Source: Escherichia coli (GTDB lineage: Bacteria > Pseudomonadota > Gammaproteobacteria > Enterobacterales > Enterobacteriaceae). Taken from it: a DNA stretch of 64,000 nt. The position numbers and the translations under genes were made by a program. How positions within the stretch are numbered: the stretch's first letter is position 1; every line of letters starts with the position of its first letter. Below the pieces are notes generated by a model. It saw nothing but the letters and a program-made list of their open reading frames with translations. It made no database searches and was not told the origin of the DNA. The stretch is from assembly GCF_036507355.1 (NCBI RefSeq), contig NZ_AP027877.1; one strand, written 5' to 3'. Of the stretch, positions 32,417 to 42,961 are shown piece by piece.

Positions 32417-34108
32417 ATGAGATACATCAAATCGATTACACAGCAGAAGCTGAGCTTTTTGCTTGCAATCTATATTGGCCTTTTTATGAATGGCGCGGTT
32501 TTTTACCGCCGCTTCGGCAGCTATGCGCACGATTTTACCGTCTGGAAAGGCATTTCTGCTGTTGTTGAACTGGCCGCCACCGTACTGGTAACCTTCTTTT
32601 TACTACGTCTTCTTTCGCTGTTTGGCCGCCGCAGCTGGCGTATTCTGGCATCGCTGGTTGTGCTCTTTTCCGCAGGTGCCAGCTATTACATGACCTTCCT
32701 TAATGTGGTCATTGGTTATGGCATCATCGCTTCCGTCATGACCACCGATATCGACCTGTCAAAAGAAGTTGTTGGTCTGAACTTTATTCTCTGGTTAATC
32801 GCCGTTAGCGCATTGCCTCTTATCCTTATCTGGAATAACCGCTGTCGCTACACCTTGCTCCGACAACTGCGAACCCCAGGGCAGCGTATTCGCAGCCTGG
32901 CGGTCGTCGTACTGGCGGGAATTATGGTTTGGGCACCGATTCGTTTGCTGGATATCCAGCAGAAGAAAGTGGAGAGGGCGACCGGCGTTGATTTGCCGAG
33001 TTATGGCGGTGTCGTAGCGAACTCTTATCTGCCATCAAACTGGCTTTCTGCGTTGGGGCTGTACGCCTGGGCGCGGGTCGATGAATCTTCCGATAATAAT
33101 TCATTGCTTAACCCGGCGAAGAAATTCACTTATCAGGCACCGCAAAATGTTAATGACACTTATGTCGTGTTTATCATCGGTGAAACCACGCGTTGGGACC
33201 ATATGGGCATTTTCGGCTATGAGCGTAATACCACGCCGAAGCTGGCCCAGGAGAAAAATCTGGCGGCGTTCCGTGGTTACTCCTGTGACACCGCAACCAA
33301 ACTCTCTCTGCGTTGCATGTTTGTACGTCAGGGGGGCGCGGAAGATAATCCGCAGCGCACATTAAAAGAACAGAACATTTTCGCGGTACTGAAGCAGTTA
33401 GGATTCAGTTCTGACCTCTACGCCATGCAGAGCGAAATGTGGTTCTACAGCAATACGATGGCGGATAATATTGCTTACCGTGAACAGATTGGTGCGGAGC
33501 CACGTAACCGTGGCAAGCCGGTAGATGATATGTTGCTGGTAGACGAAATGCAGCAATCGCTGGGGCGCAACCCGGATGGTAAGCATCTAATCATTCTGCA
33601 TACCAAAGGTTCGCACTTTAACTACACCCAGCGTTACCCGCGCAGCTTTGCGCAGTGGAAGCCGGAATGTATTGGTGTTGATAGCGGATGTACCAAAGCG
33701 CAGATGATCAACTCCTATGACAACTCGGTGACCTATGTGGATCACTTTATCTCCAGTGTGATTGATCAGGTTCGCGATAAGAAAGCGATTGTGTTCTACG
33801 CAGCTGACCACGGCGAGTCAATTAATGAACGCGAGCACCTGCACGGCACGCCGCGTGAACTGGCACCGCCGGAGCAGTTCCGCGTACCGATGATGGTCTG
33901 GATGTCAGATAAATATCTGGAAAATCCGGTCAATGCGCAGGCGTTTGCGCAGCTGAAAAAAGCAGCCGACATGAAAGTGCCACGCCGTCACGTAGAGCTG
34001 TACGACACCATCATGGGTTGTCTTGGCTATACTTCACCGGATGGTGGAATTAACGAAAACAACAACTGGTGTCACATCCCGCAGACAAAAGAGGCAGCGG
34101 CTAACTAA
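32417..34108 (+). CDS. eptB: Kdo2-lipid A phosphoethanolamine transferase
   Basis: Start [17 protein letters not shown] (563 aa); N-terminal TM helices plus sulfatase-like domain. Confidence 0.9.
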   Translation: MRYIKSITQQKLSFLLAIYIGLFMNGAVFYRRFGSYAHDFTVWKGISAVVELAATVLVTFFLLRLLSLFGRRSWRILASLVVLFSAGASYYMTFLNVVIGYGIIASVMTTDIDLSKEVVGLNFILWLIAVSALPLILIWNNRCRYTLLRQLRTPGQRIRSLAVVVLAGIMVWAPIRLLDIQQKKVERATGVDLPSYGGVVANSYLPSNWLSALGLYAWARVDESSDNNSLLNPAKKFTYQAPQNVNDTYVVFIIGETTRWDHMGIFGYERNTTPKLAQEKNLAAFRGYSCDTATKLSLRCMFVRQGGAEDNPQRTLKEQNIFAVLKQLGFSSDLYAMQSEMWFYSNTMADNIAYREQIGAEPRNRGKPVDDMLLVDEMQQSLGRNPDGKHLIILHTKGSHFNYTQRYPRSFAQWKPECIGVDSGCTKAQMINSYDNSVTYVDHFISSVIDQVRDKKAIVFYAADHGESINEREHLHGTPRELAPPEQFRVPMMVWMSDKYLENPVNAQAFAQLKKAADMKVPRRHVELYDTIMGCLGYTSPDGGINENNNWCHIPQTKEAAAN

Positions 34109-34158
34109 GAGGCCTGCTGACTTTCTCGCCGATCAAAAGGCATTTTGCTATTAAGGGA

Positions 34159-34187
34159 TTGACGAGGGCGTATCTGCGCAGTAAGAT
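34159..34187 (+). promoter_or_regulatory. proK promoter (-35 TTGACG, 17-bp spacer, -10 TAAGAT, GC-rich discriminator)
   Basis: Hexamers read directly; GCGCCCC discriminator typical of stringently controlled tRNA promoters. Confidence 0.6.
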
Positions 34188-34199
34188 GCGCCCCGCATT

Positions 34200-34276
<77 letters not shown>

Positions 34277-34283
34277 AATTCGA

Positions 34284-34311
34284 AAAGCCTGCTCAACGAG
34301 CAGGCTTTTTT
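34284..34311 (+). terminator. Intrinsic terminator of proK
   Basis: aagcctgctc-aacg-agcaggctt hairpin followed by TTTTTT. Confidence 0.75.
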
Positions 34312-34367
34312 GCATCTGCAGCCCATGAGGAAGAGAACCTCCGGGGGCAGGGAGGTTCGACTCGACG

Positions 34368-34452
34368 TAGGCCTGATAAGACGCGTCAGCGTCGCATCAG
34401 GCAACGGCACCGCACTTATTGTCGGATGCGGCGCGACCGCCTTATTCGACCT
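34368..34452. repeat. REP (repetitive extragenic palindrome) elements
   Basis: aggcctgataagacgcgtcagcgtcgcatcaggc and gtcggatgcggcgcgaccgccttattcgacctac palindromic units. Confidence 0.6.
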
Positions 34453-34989
34453 ACACACCACACATTTCCCTGCCAAATTTGCGCCCCATATCTCACTATC
34501 CATTAACGGATTTGTGACAGAAACCATTGTCTTTTTTTATATTTGCTTAAATCTTTTTTTGCGTTACTTATGGCTGGCGCTGGCATTTTCCGCTGTGCGT
34601 TTTAGCGTTCATGGTATTAATCGCTCAGATATCCACCTTTTCCTCAGATTTTTTTCATTAAATGCATAAAACTTAATCACCAAATGTTGCTAAATATTAA
34701 GCTGATTGTTCTGGTCATGTTGGAGTAGCACAAATTTCTCTGCTGCAAATAGCTGTTTGAAGTTTTTTTAATCTTTGTTTGTGGATTCTCACCGTTGGTG
34801 TAAATCCCGGTTGGCTGTATTGACGTTTTCACATTCTGTTGACAGATTGTAGGTCACGAGGGGCATTTTATGGAGGATCCGCACTGTTACACTGATGTTA
34901 ATTAGTACGGCATCCCCACCTCATAACGTTGACCCGACCGGGCAAAAAACAAAAAAGGTCAGGCAGCGACAACCCACTGCAAAGGGTTA

Positions 34990-35013
34990 AAACAACAAAC
35001 ATCACAATTGGAG
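34990..35013 (+). promoter_or_regulatory. CA-rich element next to the dppA Shine-Dalgarno (candidate GcvB sRNA target)
   Basis: AACAACAAACATCACAATTGGAG immediately 5' of the dppA ATG. Confidence 0.5.
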
Positions 35014-35020
35014 CAGAATA

Positions 35021-36628
35021 ATGCGTATTTCCTTGAAAAAGTCAGGGATGCTGAAGCTTGGTCTCAGCCTGGTGGCTATGACCGTCGCAGCAAGTGTTCA
35101 GGCTAAAACTCTGGTTTATTGCTCAGAAGGATCTCCGGAAGGGTTTAACCCGCAGCTGTTTACCTCCGGCACCACCTATGACGCCTCTTCCGTCCCGCTT
35201 TATAACCGTCTGGTTGAATTTAAAATCGGCACCACCGAAGTGATCCCGGGCCTCGCTGAAAAGTGGGAAGTCAGCGAAGACGGTAAAACCTATACCTTCC
35301 ATCTGCGTAAAGGTGTGAAGTGGCACGACAATAAAGAATTCAAACCGACGCGCGAAATGAACGCCGATGACGTGGTGTTCTCGTTTGATCGTCAGAAAAA
35401 CGCGCAAAACCCGTACCATAAAGTATCTGGCGGCAGCTACGAATACTTCGAAGGCATGGGCTTGCCAGAGCTGATCAGCGAAGTGAAAAAGGTGGACGAC
35501 AACACCGTTCAGTTTGTGCTGACTCGCCCGGAAGCGCCGTTCCTCGCTGACCTTGCAATGGACTTCGCCTCTATTCTGTCAAAAGAATATGCTGATGCGA
35601 TGATGAAAGCTGGTACACCGGAAAAACTGGACCTCAACCCAATCGGTACCGGTCCGTTCCAGTTACAGCAGTATCAAAAAGATTCCCGTATTCGCTACAA
35701 AGCGTTTGATGGCTACTGGGGCACCAAACCGCAGATCGATACGCTGGTCTTCTCTATTACCCCTGACGCTTCCGTGCGTTACGCTAAATTGCAGAAAAAT
35801 GAATGCCAGGTGATGCCGTACCCGAACCCGGCAGATATCGCTCGCATGAAGCAGGATAAATCCATCAATCTGATGGAAATGCCGGGGCTTAACGTCGGTT
35901 ATCTCTCGTATAACGTGCAGAAAAAACCACTCGATGACGTGAAAGTTCGCCAGGCTCTGACCTACGCGGTGAACAAAGATGCCATCATTAAAGCGGTTTA
36001 TCAGGGCGCGGGTGTATCAGCGAAAAACCTGATCCCGCCAACTATGTGGGGCTATAACGACGACGTTCAGGACTACACCTACGATCCTGAAAAAGCGAAA
36101 GCCTTGCTGAAAGAAGCGGGTCTGGAAAAAGGTTTCTCCATCGACCTGTGGGCGATGCCGGTACAACGTCCGTATAACCCGAACGCTCGCCGCATGGCGG
36201 AGATGATTCAGGCAGACTGGGCGAAAGTGGGCGTGCAGGCTAAAATCGTCACCTACGAATGGGGTGAGTACCTCAAGCGTGCGAAAGATGGCGAGCATCA
36301 GACGGTAATGATGGGCTGGACTGGCGATAACGGGGATCCGGATAACTTCTTCGCCACTCTGTTCAGCTGCGCCGCCTCTGAACAAGGCTCCAACTACTCA
36401 AAATGGTGCTACAAACCGTTTGAAGATCTGATTCAACCGGCGCGTGCTACCGACGACCATAACAAACGCGTTGAACTGTACAAGCAAGCGCAGGTGGTGA
36501 TGCACGATCAGGCTCCGGCACTGATCATCGCTCACTCCACCGTGTTTGAACCGGTACGCAAAGAAGTTAAAGGCTATGTGGTTGATCCATTAGGCAAACA
36601 TCACTTCGAAAACGTCTCTATCGAATAA
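35021..36628 (+). CDS. dppA: Dipeptide ABC transporter periplasmic binding protein
   Basis: 535-aa ORF with signal peptide. Confidence 0.97.
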   Translation: MRISLKKSGMLKLGLSLVAMTVAASVQAKTLVYCSEGSPEGFNPQLFTSGTTYDASSVPLYNRLVEFKIGTTEVIPGLAEKWEVSEDGKTYTFHLRKGVKWHDNKEFKPTREMNADDVVFSFDRQKNAQNPYHKVSGGSYEYFEGMGLPELISEVKKVDDNTVQFVLTRPEAPFLADLAMDFASILSKEYADAMMKAGTPEKLDLNPIGTGPFQLQQYQKDSRIRYKAFDGYWGTKPQIDTLVFSITPDASVRYAKLQKNECQVMPYPNPADIARMKQDKSINLMEMPGLNVGYLSYNVQKKPLDDVKVRQALTYAVNKDAIIKAVYQGAGVSAKNLIPPTMWGYNDDVQDYTYDPEKAKALLKEAGLEKGFSIDLWAMPVQRPYNPNARRMAEMIQADWAKVGVQAKIVTYEWGEYLKRAKDGEHQTVMMGWTGDNGDPDNFFATLFSCAASEQGSNYSKWCYKPFEDLIQPARATDDHNKRVELYKQAQVVMHDQAPALIIAHSTVFEPVRKEVKGYVVDPLGKHHFENVSIE

Positions 36629-36665
36629 TTAAAAGCCATACAAGACTGATGGCAAAGGCAAAACT

Positions 36666-36765
36666 GCCTGATGCGCTCCGCTTATCAGGCCTACGAAAAT
36701 TCTGCAATGTATTGAGTTTGCACGATTTTGTAGGCAGGATAAGGCGTTAACGCCGCATCCGGCAT
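36666..36765. repeat. REP/BIME palindromic units between dppA and dppB
   Basis: gcctgatgcgctccgcttatcaggcctac and inverted gtaggcaggataaggcgttaacgccgcatccggc. Confidence 0.65.
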
Positions 36766-36935
36766 AAACAAAGCGCTCTTTGTCAACAATCTGCATACCC
36801 GGTGGCGCTGTGCCTCTGCGTGCAGCGCCATCCGGCAGCAATACTTCATTCCCTGCCCGACCTGGGCGGGAATTGATTTGTGAGCAATACAGACACGCAG
36901 TTCCAGGCTGCGGGTCACTACAGAGAATCCGGGTT

Positions 36936-37955
36936 ATGTTGCAGTTTATTCTCCGACGTTTGGGACTCGTCATCCCCACGTTTATCGGTATTACCCTTCT
37001 CACATTTGCCTTTGTCCACATGATCCCGGGCGATCCGGTGATGATCATGGCGGGCGAGCGTGGGATCTCCCCAGAGCGTCACGCGCAGCTGCTGGCTGAA
37101 CTCGGCTTAGATAAACCGATGTGGCAGCAGTATCTCCATTACATTTGGGGCGTTATGCATGGCGATCTAGGCATTTCAATGAAAAGCCGCATCCCGGTTT
37201 GGGAAGAGTTCGTGCCGCGCTTTCAGGCCACGCTGGAACTTGGCGTCTGCGCGATGATTTTTGCTACGGCAGTCGGTATTCCGGTTGGTGTGCTGGCTGC
37301 GGTTAAACGCGGTTCCATTTTCGATCACACAGCGGTTGGCCTGGCGCTGACAGGTTATTCAATGCCTATCTTCTGGTGGGGAATGATGCTGATCATGCTG
37401 GTTTCGGTGCACTGGAACCTGACGCCCGTCTCCGGTCGTGTGAGTGACATGGTATTCCTCGATGATTCCAATCCGTTAACCGGTTTTATGCTGATCGACA
37501 CCGCCATCTGGGGTGAAGACGGCAACTTTATCGATGCCGTCGCCCATATGATCTTGCCCGCCATTGTGCTGGGTACCATCCCGCTGGCGGTCATTGTGCG
37601 TATGACGCGCTCCTCGATGCTGGAAGTGCTGGGTGAAGATTACATCCGCACCGCGCGCGCCAAAGGGTTGACCCGCATGCGGGTGATTATCGTCCATGCG
37701 CTGCGTAACGCGATGCTGCCGGTAGTGACCGTTATCGGCCTCCAGGTGGGAACATTGCTGGCGGGGGCGATTCTGACCGAAACCATCTTCTCGTGGCCCG
37801 GTCTGGGGCGCTGGTTGATTGACGCACTGCAACGCCGCGACTATCCGGTAGTGCAGGGCGGCGTATTGCTGGTGGCGACGATGATTATCCTCGTCAACCT
37901 GCTGGTCGATCTGCTGTACGGCGTGGTGAACCCGCGTATTCGTCATAAGAAGTAA
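36936..37955 (+). CDS. dppB: Dipeptide ABC transporter permease
   Basis: Start MLQFILRRLGLVIPTF (339 aa); ORF-track frame runs upstream through the REP region. Confidence 0.93.
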   Translation: MLQFILRRLGLVIPTFIGITLLTFAFVHMIPGDPVMIMAGERGISPERHAQLLAELGLDKPMWQQYLHYIWGVMHGDLGISMKSRIPVWEEFVPRFQATLELGVCAMIFATAVGIPVGVLAAVKRGSIFDHTAVGLALTGYSMPIFWWGMMLIMLVSVHWNLTPVSGRVSDMVFLDDSNPLTGFMLIDTAIWGEDGNFIDAVAHMILPAIVLGTIPLAVIVRMTRSSMLEVLGEDYIRTARAKGLTRMRVIIVHALRNAMLPVVTVIGLQVGTLLAGAILTETIFSWPGLGRWLIDALQRRDYPVVQGGVLLVATMIILVNLLVDLLYGVVNPRIRHKK

Positions 37956-37964
37956 GGGGACATC

Positions 37965-38867
37965 ATGTCACAGGTTACTGAAAATAAAGTGATTAGCGCG
38001 CCGGTACCGATGACCCCTTTACAGGAGTTCTGGCACTATTTTAAACGCAACAAAGGCGCGGTCGTCGGGTTGGTTTACGTCGTCATCGTGCTGTTTATCG
38101 CGATCTTTGCCAACTGGATTGCGCCGTATAACCCGGCGGAACAGTTCCGCGATGCACTGCTCGCCCCGCCAGCCTGGCAGGAAGGCGGCAGCATGGCGCA
38201 CTTGCTGGGCACCGATGACGTAGGCCGTGATGTGCTGTCGCGGCTGATGTACGGCGCGCGCTTGTCGCTGCTGGTTGGCTGTCTGGTGGTGGTGTTATCG
38301 CTGATTATGGGCGTTATTCTCGGCCTGATCGCCGGTTACTTCGGCGGCCTGGTCGATAACATCATCATGCGCGTGGTCGATATCATGCTGGCGCTGCCAA
38401 GTCTGCTGTTGGCACTGGTGCTGGTGGCGATTTTCGGCCCGTCGATTGGTAACGCCGCGCTGGCGCTGACCTTTGTTGCCTTGCCGCACTATGTGCGCTT
38501 AACCCGCGCCGCCGTGCTGGTGGAAGTTAACCGCGATTACGTTACCGCGTCTCGCGTGGCAGGTGCCGGGGCGATGCGTCAGATGTTTATTAACATCTTC
38601 CCGAACTGCCTTGCGCCTCTGATTGTTCAGGCGTCGCTCGGTTTCTCTAACGCCATTCTCGATATGGCTGCTCTTGGTTTCCTCGGCATGGGGGCGCAGC
38701 CGCCAACACCAGAGTGGGGCACCATGCTCTCTGACGTGTTGCAGTTCGCGCAAAGCGCCTGGTGGGTCGTGACCTTCCCTGGTCTGGCGATCCTGCTGAC
38801 GGTGCTGGCATTTAACCTGATGGGTGACGGTCTGCGTGACGCGCTCGATCCCAAACTGAAGCAGTAA
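37965..38867 (+). CDS. dppC: Dipeptide ABC transporter permease
   Basis: 300-aa ORF. Confidence 0.95.
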
Positions 38868-38877
38868 GAGGTTCGAG

Positions 38878-39861
38878 ATGGCGTTATTAAATGTAGATAA
38901 ATTATCGGTGCATTTCGGCGACGAAAGCGCACCGTTCCGCGCCGTAGACCGCATCAGCTACAGCGTGAAACAGGGCGAAGTGGTCGGGATTGTGGGTGAG
39001 TCCGGCTCTGGTAAGTCGGTCAGTTCACTGGCGATTATGGGGCTGATTGATTATCCGGGCCGCGTGATGGCGGAAAAGCTGGAGTTTAACGGTCAGGATT
39101 TGCAGCGTATCTCAGAAAAAGAGCGCCGCAATCTGGTGGGTGCCGAAGTGGCGATGATCTTCCAGGACCCGATGACCAGCCTTAACCCGTGCTACACCGT
39201 TGGTTTCCAGATTATGGAAGCGATTAAGGTGCATCAGGGCGGTAATAAGAGCACTCGCCGTCAGCGGGCGATTGACCTGCTGAATCAGGTCGGTATTCCC
39301 GATCCGGCATCGCGTCTGGATGTTTACCCGCATCAGCTTTCCGGCGGCATGAGCCAGCGCGTGATGATCGCCATGGCGATTGCCTGTCGGCCAAAACTGC
39401 TGATTGCCGATGAACCGACCACTGCGCTGGACGTGACCATTCAGGCGCAAATCATCGAACTACTGCTGGAGCTACAGCAGAAAGAGAACATGGCGCTGGT
39501 GTTAATTACCCATGACCTGGCGCTGGTGGCGGAAGCGGCACATAAAATCATCGTGATGTATGCCGGTCAGGTGGTGGAAACGGGCGATGCGCACGCCATC
39601 TTCCATGCGCCGCGTCACCCGTATACTCAGGCATTGCTGCGTGCGCTGCCGGAATTTGCTCAGGACAAAGAACGTCTGGCATCGTTGCCTGGCGTTGTTC
39701 CCGGCAAGTACGACCGCCCGAACGGCTGCCTGCTTAACCCGCGCTGCCCCTATGCCACTGACAGATGTCGCGCTGAAGAACCGGCGCTGAATATGCTCGC
39801 TGACGGGCGTCAGTCCAAATGCCATTACCCACTTGATGATGCCGGGAGGCCGACACTATGA
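38878..39861 (+). CDS. dppD: Dipeptide ABC transporter ATP-binding protein
   Basis: 327-aa ORF, Walker A GESGSGKS. Confidence 0.95.
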
Positions 39862-40862
39862 GTACGCAAGAGGCCACCTCGCAACAACCGCTGTTGCAGG
39901 CTATCGACCTGAAAAAACATTATCCGGTGAAGAAAGGTATGTTCGCTCCGGAACGTCTGGTGAAGGCGCTGGACGGCGTTTCGTTTAACCTTGAACGTGG
40001 CAAAACGCTGGCGGTAGTAGGTGAATCTGGCTGCGGTAAATCGACCCTCGGTCGGTTGCTGACGATGATTGAAACGCCCACCGGCGGCGAGCTGTATTAC
40101 CAGGGGCAGGATCTGCTTAAGCACGATCCGCAGGCGCAGAAGCTGCGTCGGCAGAAAATCCAGATTGTCTTCCAGAACCCTTACGGTTCGCTGAATCCGC
40201 GTAAAAAAGTCGGGCAAATTCTTGAAGAGCCGCTGCTGATCAACACCAGCTTAAGCAAAGAACAGCGTCGGGAAAAAGCCCTGTCGATGATGGCGAAAGT
40301 CGGCCTGAAAACCGAGCACTATGACCGCTATCCGCATATGTTCTCCGGCGGACAACGTCAGCGTATCGCTATTGCCCGTGGTCTGATGCTCGACCCGGAC
40401 GTGGTGATTGCCGATGAACCGGTCTCCGCGCTGGACGTCTCGGTGCGTGCACAGGTGCTCAACCTGATGATGGATTTGCAGCAGGAACTGGGGCTTTCTT
40501 ATGTCTTCATCTCCCACGACCTGTCGGTGGTGGAGCACATTGCTGATGAAGTGATGGTGATGTACCTGGGCCGCTGCGTGGAGAAGGGAACGAAAGACCA
40601 AATCTTCAATAACCCGCGCCATCCGTACACTCAGGCGCTACTTTCCGCGACGCCGCGCCTGAATCCGGACGATCGCCGCGAGCGCATCAAACTCACCGGT
40701 GAACTGCCAAGCCCGCTGAATCCACCGCCGGGCTGCGCGTTTAATGCCCGCTGTCGTCGGCGCTTCGGCCCCTGCACCCAGTTGCAGCCGCAGCTAAAAG
40801 ACTACGGCGGTCAACTGGTAGCTTGTTTTGCTGTTGATCAGGATGAAAATCCGCAGCGTTAA
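39858..40862 (+). CDS. dppF: Dipeptide ABC transporter ATP-binding protein
   Basis: 334-aa ORF, Walker [10 protein letters not shown]; 4-nt overlap with dppD. Confidence 0.95.
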
Positions 40863-40891
40863 CTCACAAAACCGGGGCCATGCGCTCCGGT

Positions 40892-42163
40892 TTACTCAAT
40901 CAGCTTCAACAGTGGCGACAAGCATAGCAAAATGCCGTAAAGCAGAATCAGCCAGGCTTTAAATCCGCGAAGTTTTTCCAGTTGTGCGACTTTATAGATC
41001 AGGAAAAACGGAATGAGGCACGACACAATGCCATATAACGGGCTTCCCAACTGAAAGAACACCAGCACCGATACACGAAACGAAACCCAAATCGTCAACG
41101 TAATGACGATAAAAGCGCAGATCGCCAGAGTCAGCATGCGTGAGTTAATTTTCTTGGTATCAATAATTCGGCTTAACAGATTGAGAATAATGCCTTTAAT
41201 GGCCTCGTGGAAACCGAGATAAATGCCAAAGAATGCGGTCAGTACGGCAAAGATATTCAGCACCGTAGAGGTGATATGAATGATATGCCCAGGGATCACC
41301 TGCGCGGCCAGTGCCAGTGCCGAGATATTTTGTTCAAAGGCAGAAACGGCTTCTTCGTGGCTAATTGAGAAGGTAAACGAAAAGGCAAAAAACAGTATCA
41401 CCGCGATGAGCGTGATATAACTAATTCGGTGGGTACGCAGCGCGAGCCGGGTTGCCAGTACTTTATCCGCTTCCCGTTTACGATAGGCAATATTCATTGG
41501 GTTAAGTACCTGAATAAATACTGCAGAAAAGAAGCAAAATGGAATGGTAAGCAGGACATCGCGAAAAAAGACGGAGGCTTGCGGGAAGGCGGTTATATTG
41601 GCGAAATTCCAGTGCGGGATCATCGCAAAACCGAACACGACAATAATCCCTACTTTGACCACCACCATTGGCCCGGAAATCTTAAACAGTAATCGTTCAC
41701 CACCAGACGCAATCGCTACCAGTACGGCGAAAATAGCGACTTTATAAAGTAGAGATTGTGAAAGATCGGCATCGGTTAAACCGAAGGTTTTCAGGTACGA
41801 GGCGCTGTCGAAAACCACGGAGAGAGAGTAGATAAAAATCCCGTGGATAATCATCAAAAAGTAGATAACCCCGAGGAAAATTCCCCAGTTCTTCCCCAGG
41901 TAATGACTGATAATATCGGTGTAGTCATTACAGGAATCGCTTTCAGAAAGAGTTTTTAAATAAATGTCCTGCACTACCCAGGTGGCAGGATAAGCAATGA
42001 TCGCTGCGGTAATAAATACCCAAATTCCCTTCAAGCCAATTTGTACTGGCATCAGCACGGTTCCGGCACCAATCGCCATGCCTATGCATAATAAAACCCA
42101 GCCGAAGTCGTAGCGTGTAAACGGCAATTTCTGATCGTGTTTCGGTAGTGTGTTGTGCTGCAT
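40892..42163 (-). CDS. yhjV: Amino-acid (Ser/Thr-type) permease family inner-membrane transporter YhjV
   Basis: Start [13 protein letters not shown] (423 aa); ORF-track frame starts at an upstream TTG. Confidence 0.85.
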   Translation of the reverse strand: MQHNTLPKHDQKLPFTRYDFGWVLLCIGMAIGAGTVLMPVQIGLKGIWVFITAAIIAYPATWVVQDIYLKTLSESDSCNDYTDIISHYLGKNWGIFLGVIYFLMIIHGIFIYSLSVVFDSASYLKTFGLTDADLSQSLLYKVAIFAVLVAIASGGERLLFKISGPMVVVKVGIIVVFGFAMIPHWNFANITAFPQASVFFRDVLLTIPFCFFSAVFIQVLNPMNIAYRKREADKVLATRLALRTHRISYITLIAVILFFAFSFTFSISHEEAVSAFEQNISALALAAQVIPGHIIHITSTVLNIFAVLTAFFGIYLGFHEAIKGIILNLLSRIIDTKKINSRMLTLAICAFIVITLTIWVSFRVSVLVFFQLGSPLYGIVSCLIPFFLIYKVAQLEKLRGFKAWLILLYGILLCLSPLLKLIE

Positions 42164-42524
42164 AAAGTCCTGTCCAGAAAGAAGTCGGCCTCGCAAAAAT
42201 GAATAAACCCAGTTTCTCTTGCGCAACAGGTGGAGAAGTCGAATACGCAGTATGTAAAAAATGAGGCAACAGATTCACTGGGGAGGTCGCGAGGAGGCGC
42301 AATTCTACAAAATTGCGCATTTCACTACCAGTCTGGAGTCAGCCCGGATATGAACTGCAACTATTGCAAATTAAGAAATTAAGCTGGAAGGCATCACGCA
42401 ATGAGGAAGATTGCCGGGTGCTGACAGTAAAAAGCAATCGTAAAATTAGCGGCAAGCCGGAAGGGTTCCGGTGAGGCGCAATGTTGCGGGGGCTTAATCC
42501 CTGGTGGCATTGGTTGCTGGAGAG

Positions 42525-42591
42525 AGAAAACCCCCGCACGTTGCAGGTATGCACCTGACAACACCACGGGGGCTAATCTTGAACCTAGACC
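42525..42591 (-). ncRNA. rdlD: Candidate RdlD antisense RNA of the ldrD type I toxin-antitoxin locus (boundaries approximate)
   Basis: Reverse-strand promoter-like TTGTAA-17-TATTCT, ~65-nt transcript ending in a cccccg/cggggg hairpin plus U-run, just upstream of and antisense to the ldrD leader. Confidence 0.4.
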
Positions 42592-42638
42592 ACTCAAGAA
42601 TAGCCGCGAAACGTTGTCATTACAACACAGGCGGCTAT

Positions 42639-42746
42639 ATGACGCTCGCAGAACTGGGCATGGCCTTCTGGCATGATTTAGCGGCTCCGGTCATTGCTGG
42701 CATTCTTGCCAGTATGATCGTGAACTGGCTGAACAAGCGGAAGTAA
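42639..42746 (+). CDS. ldrD: Ldr-family type I toxin peptide, 35 aa
   Basis: [35 protein letters not shown] in-frame within ORF 42504..42746. Confidence 0.85.
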   Translation: MTLAELGMAFWHDLAAPVIAGILASMIVNWLNKRK

Positions 42747-42961
42747 CGTGTCATGCGGGCGTCAGGCTGCCCTTTTTACAAAACCGCGATGCGCAGGCCG
42801 TTCAGCGCCAGCGCGTGGCCGATAACTTTCCCGGCAGCGATGCCTATTACAACTATGTGCTGACCCTGTTTGGACAAGGCTGGGATCAACACCGTTTCCG
42901 CTTCTCGACAAAAGGTGAGTTATTACCTGACTGGGGCCAGGAATGCGCAAATTCACACTAA
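42747..42961 (+). pseudogene. bcsZ: 3'-terminal stub of endoglucanase gene bcsZ (about 70 codons); the 5' ~80% and all upstream bcs genes are absent
   Basis: Frame ending ...[38 protein letters not shown] with stop overlapping the bcsC start; an in-frame TGA inside ldrD limits it to under 100 codons; 5' boundary not determinable. Confidence 0.5.
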
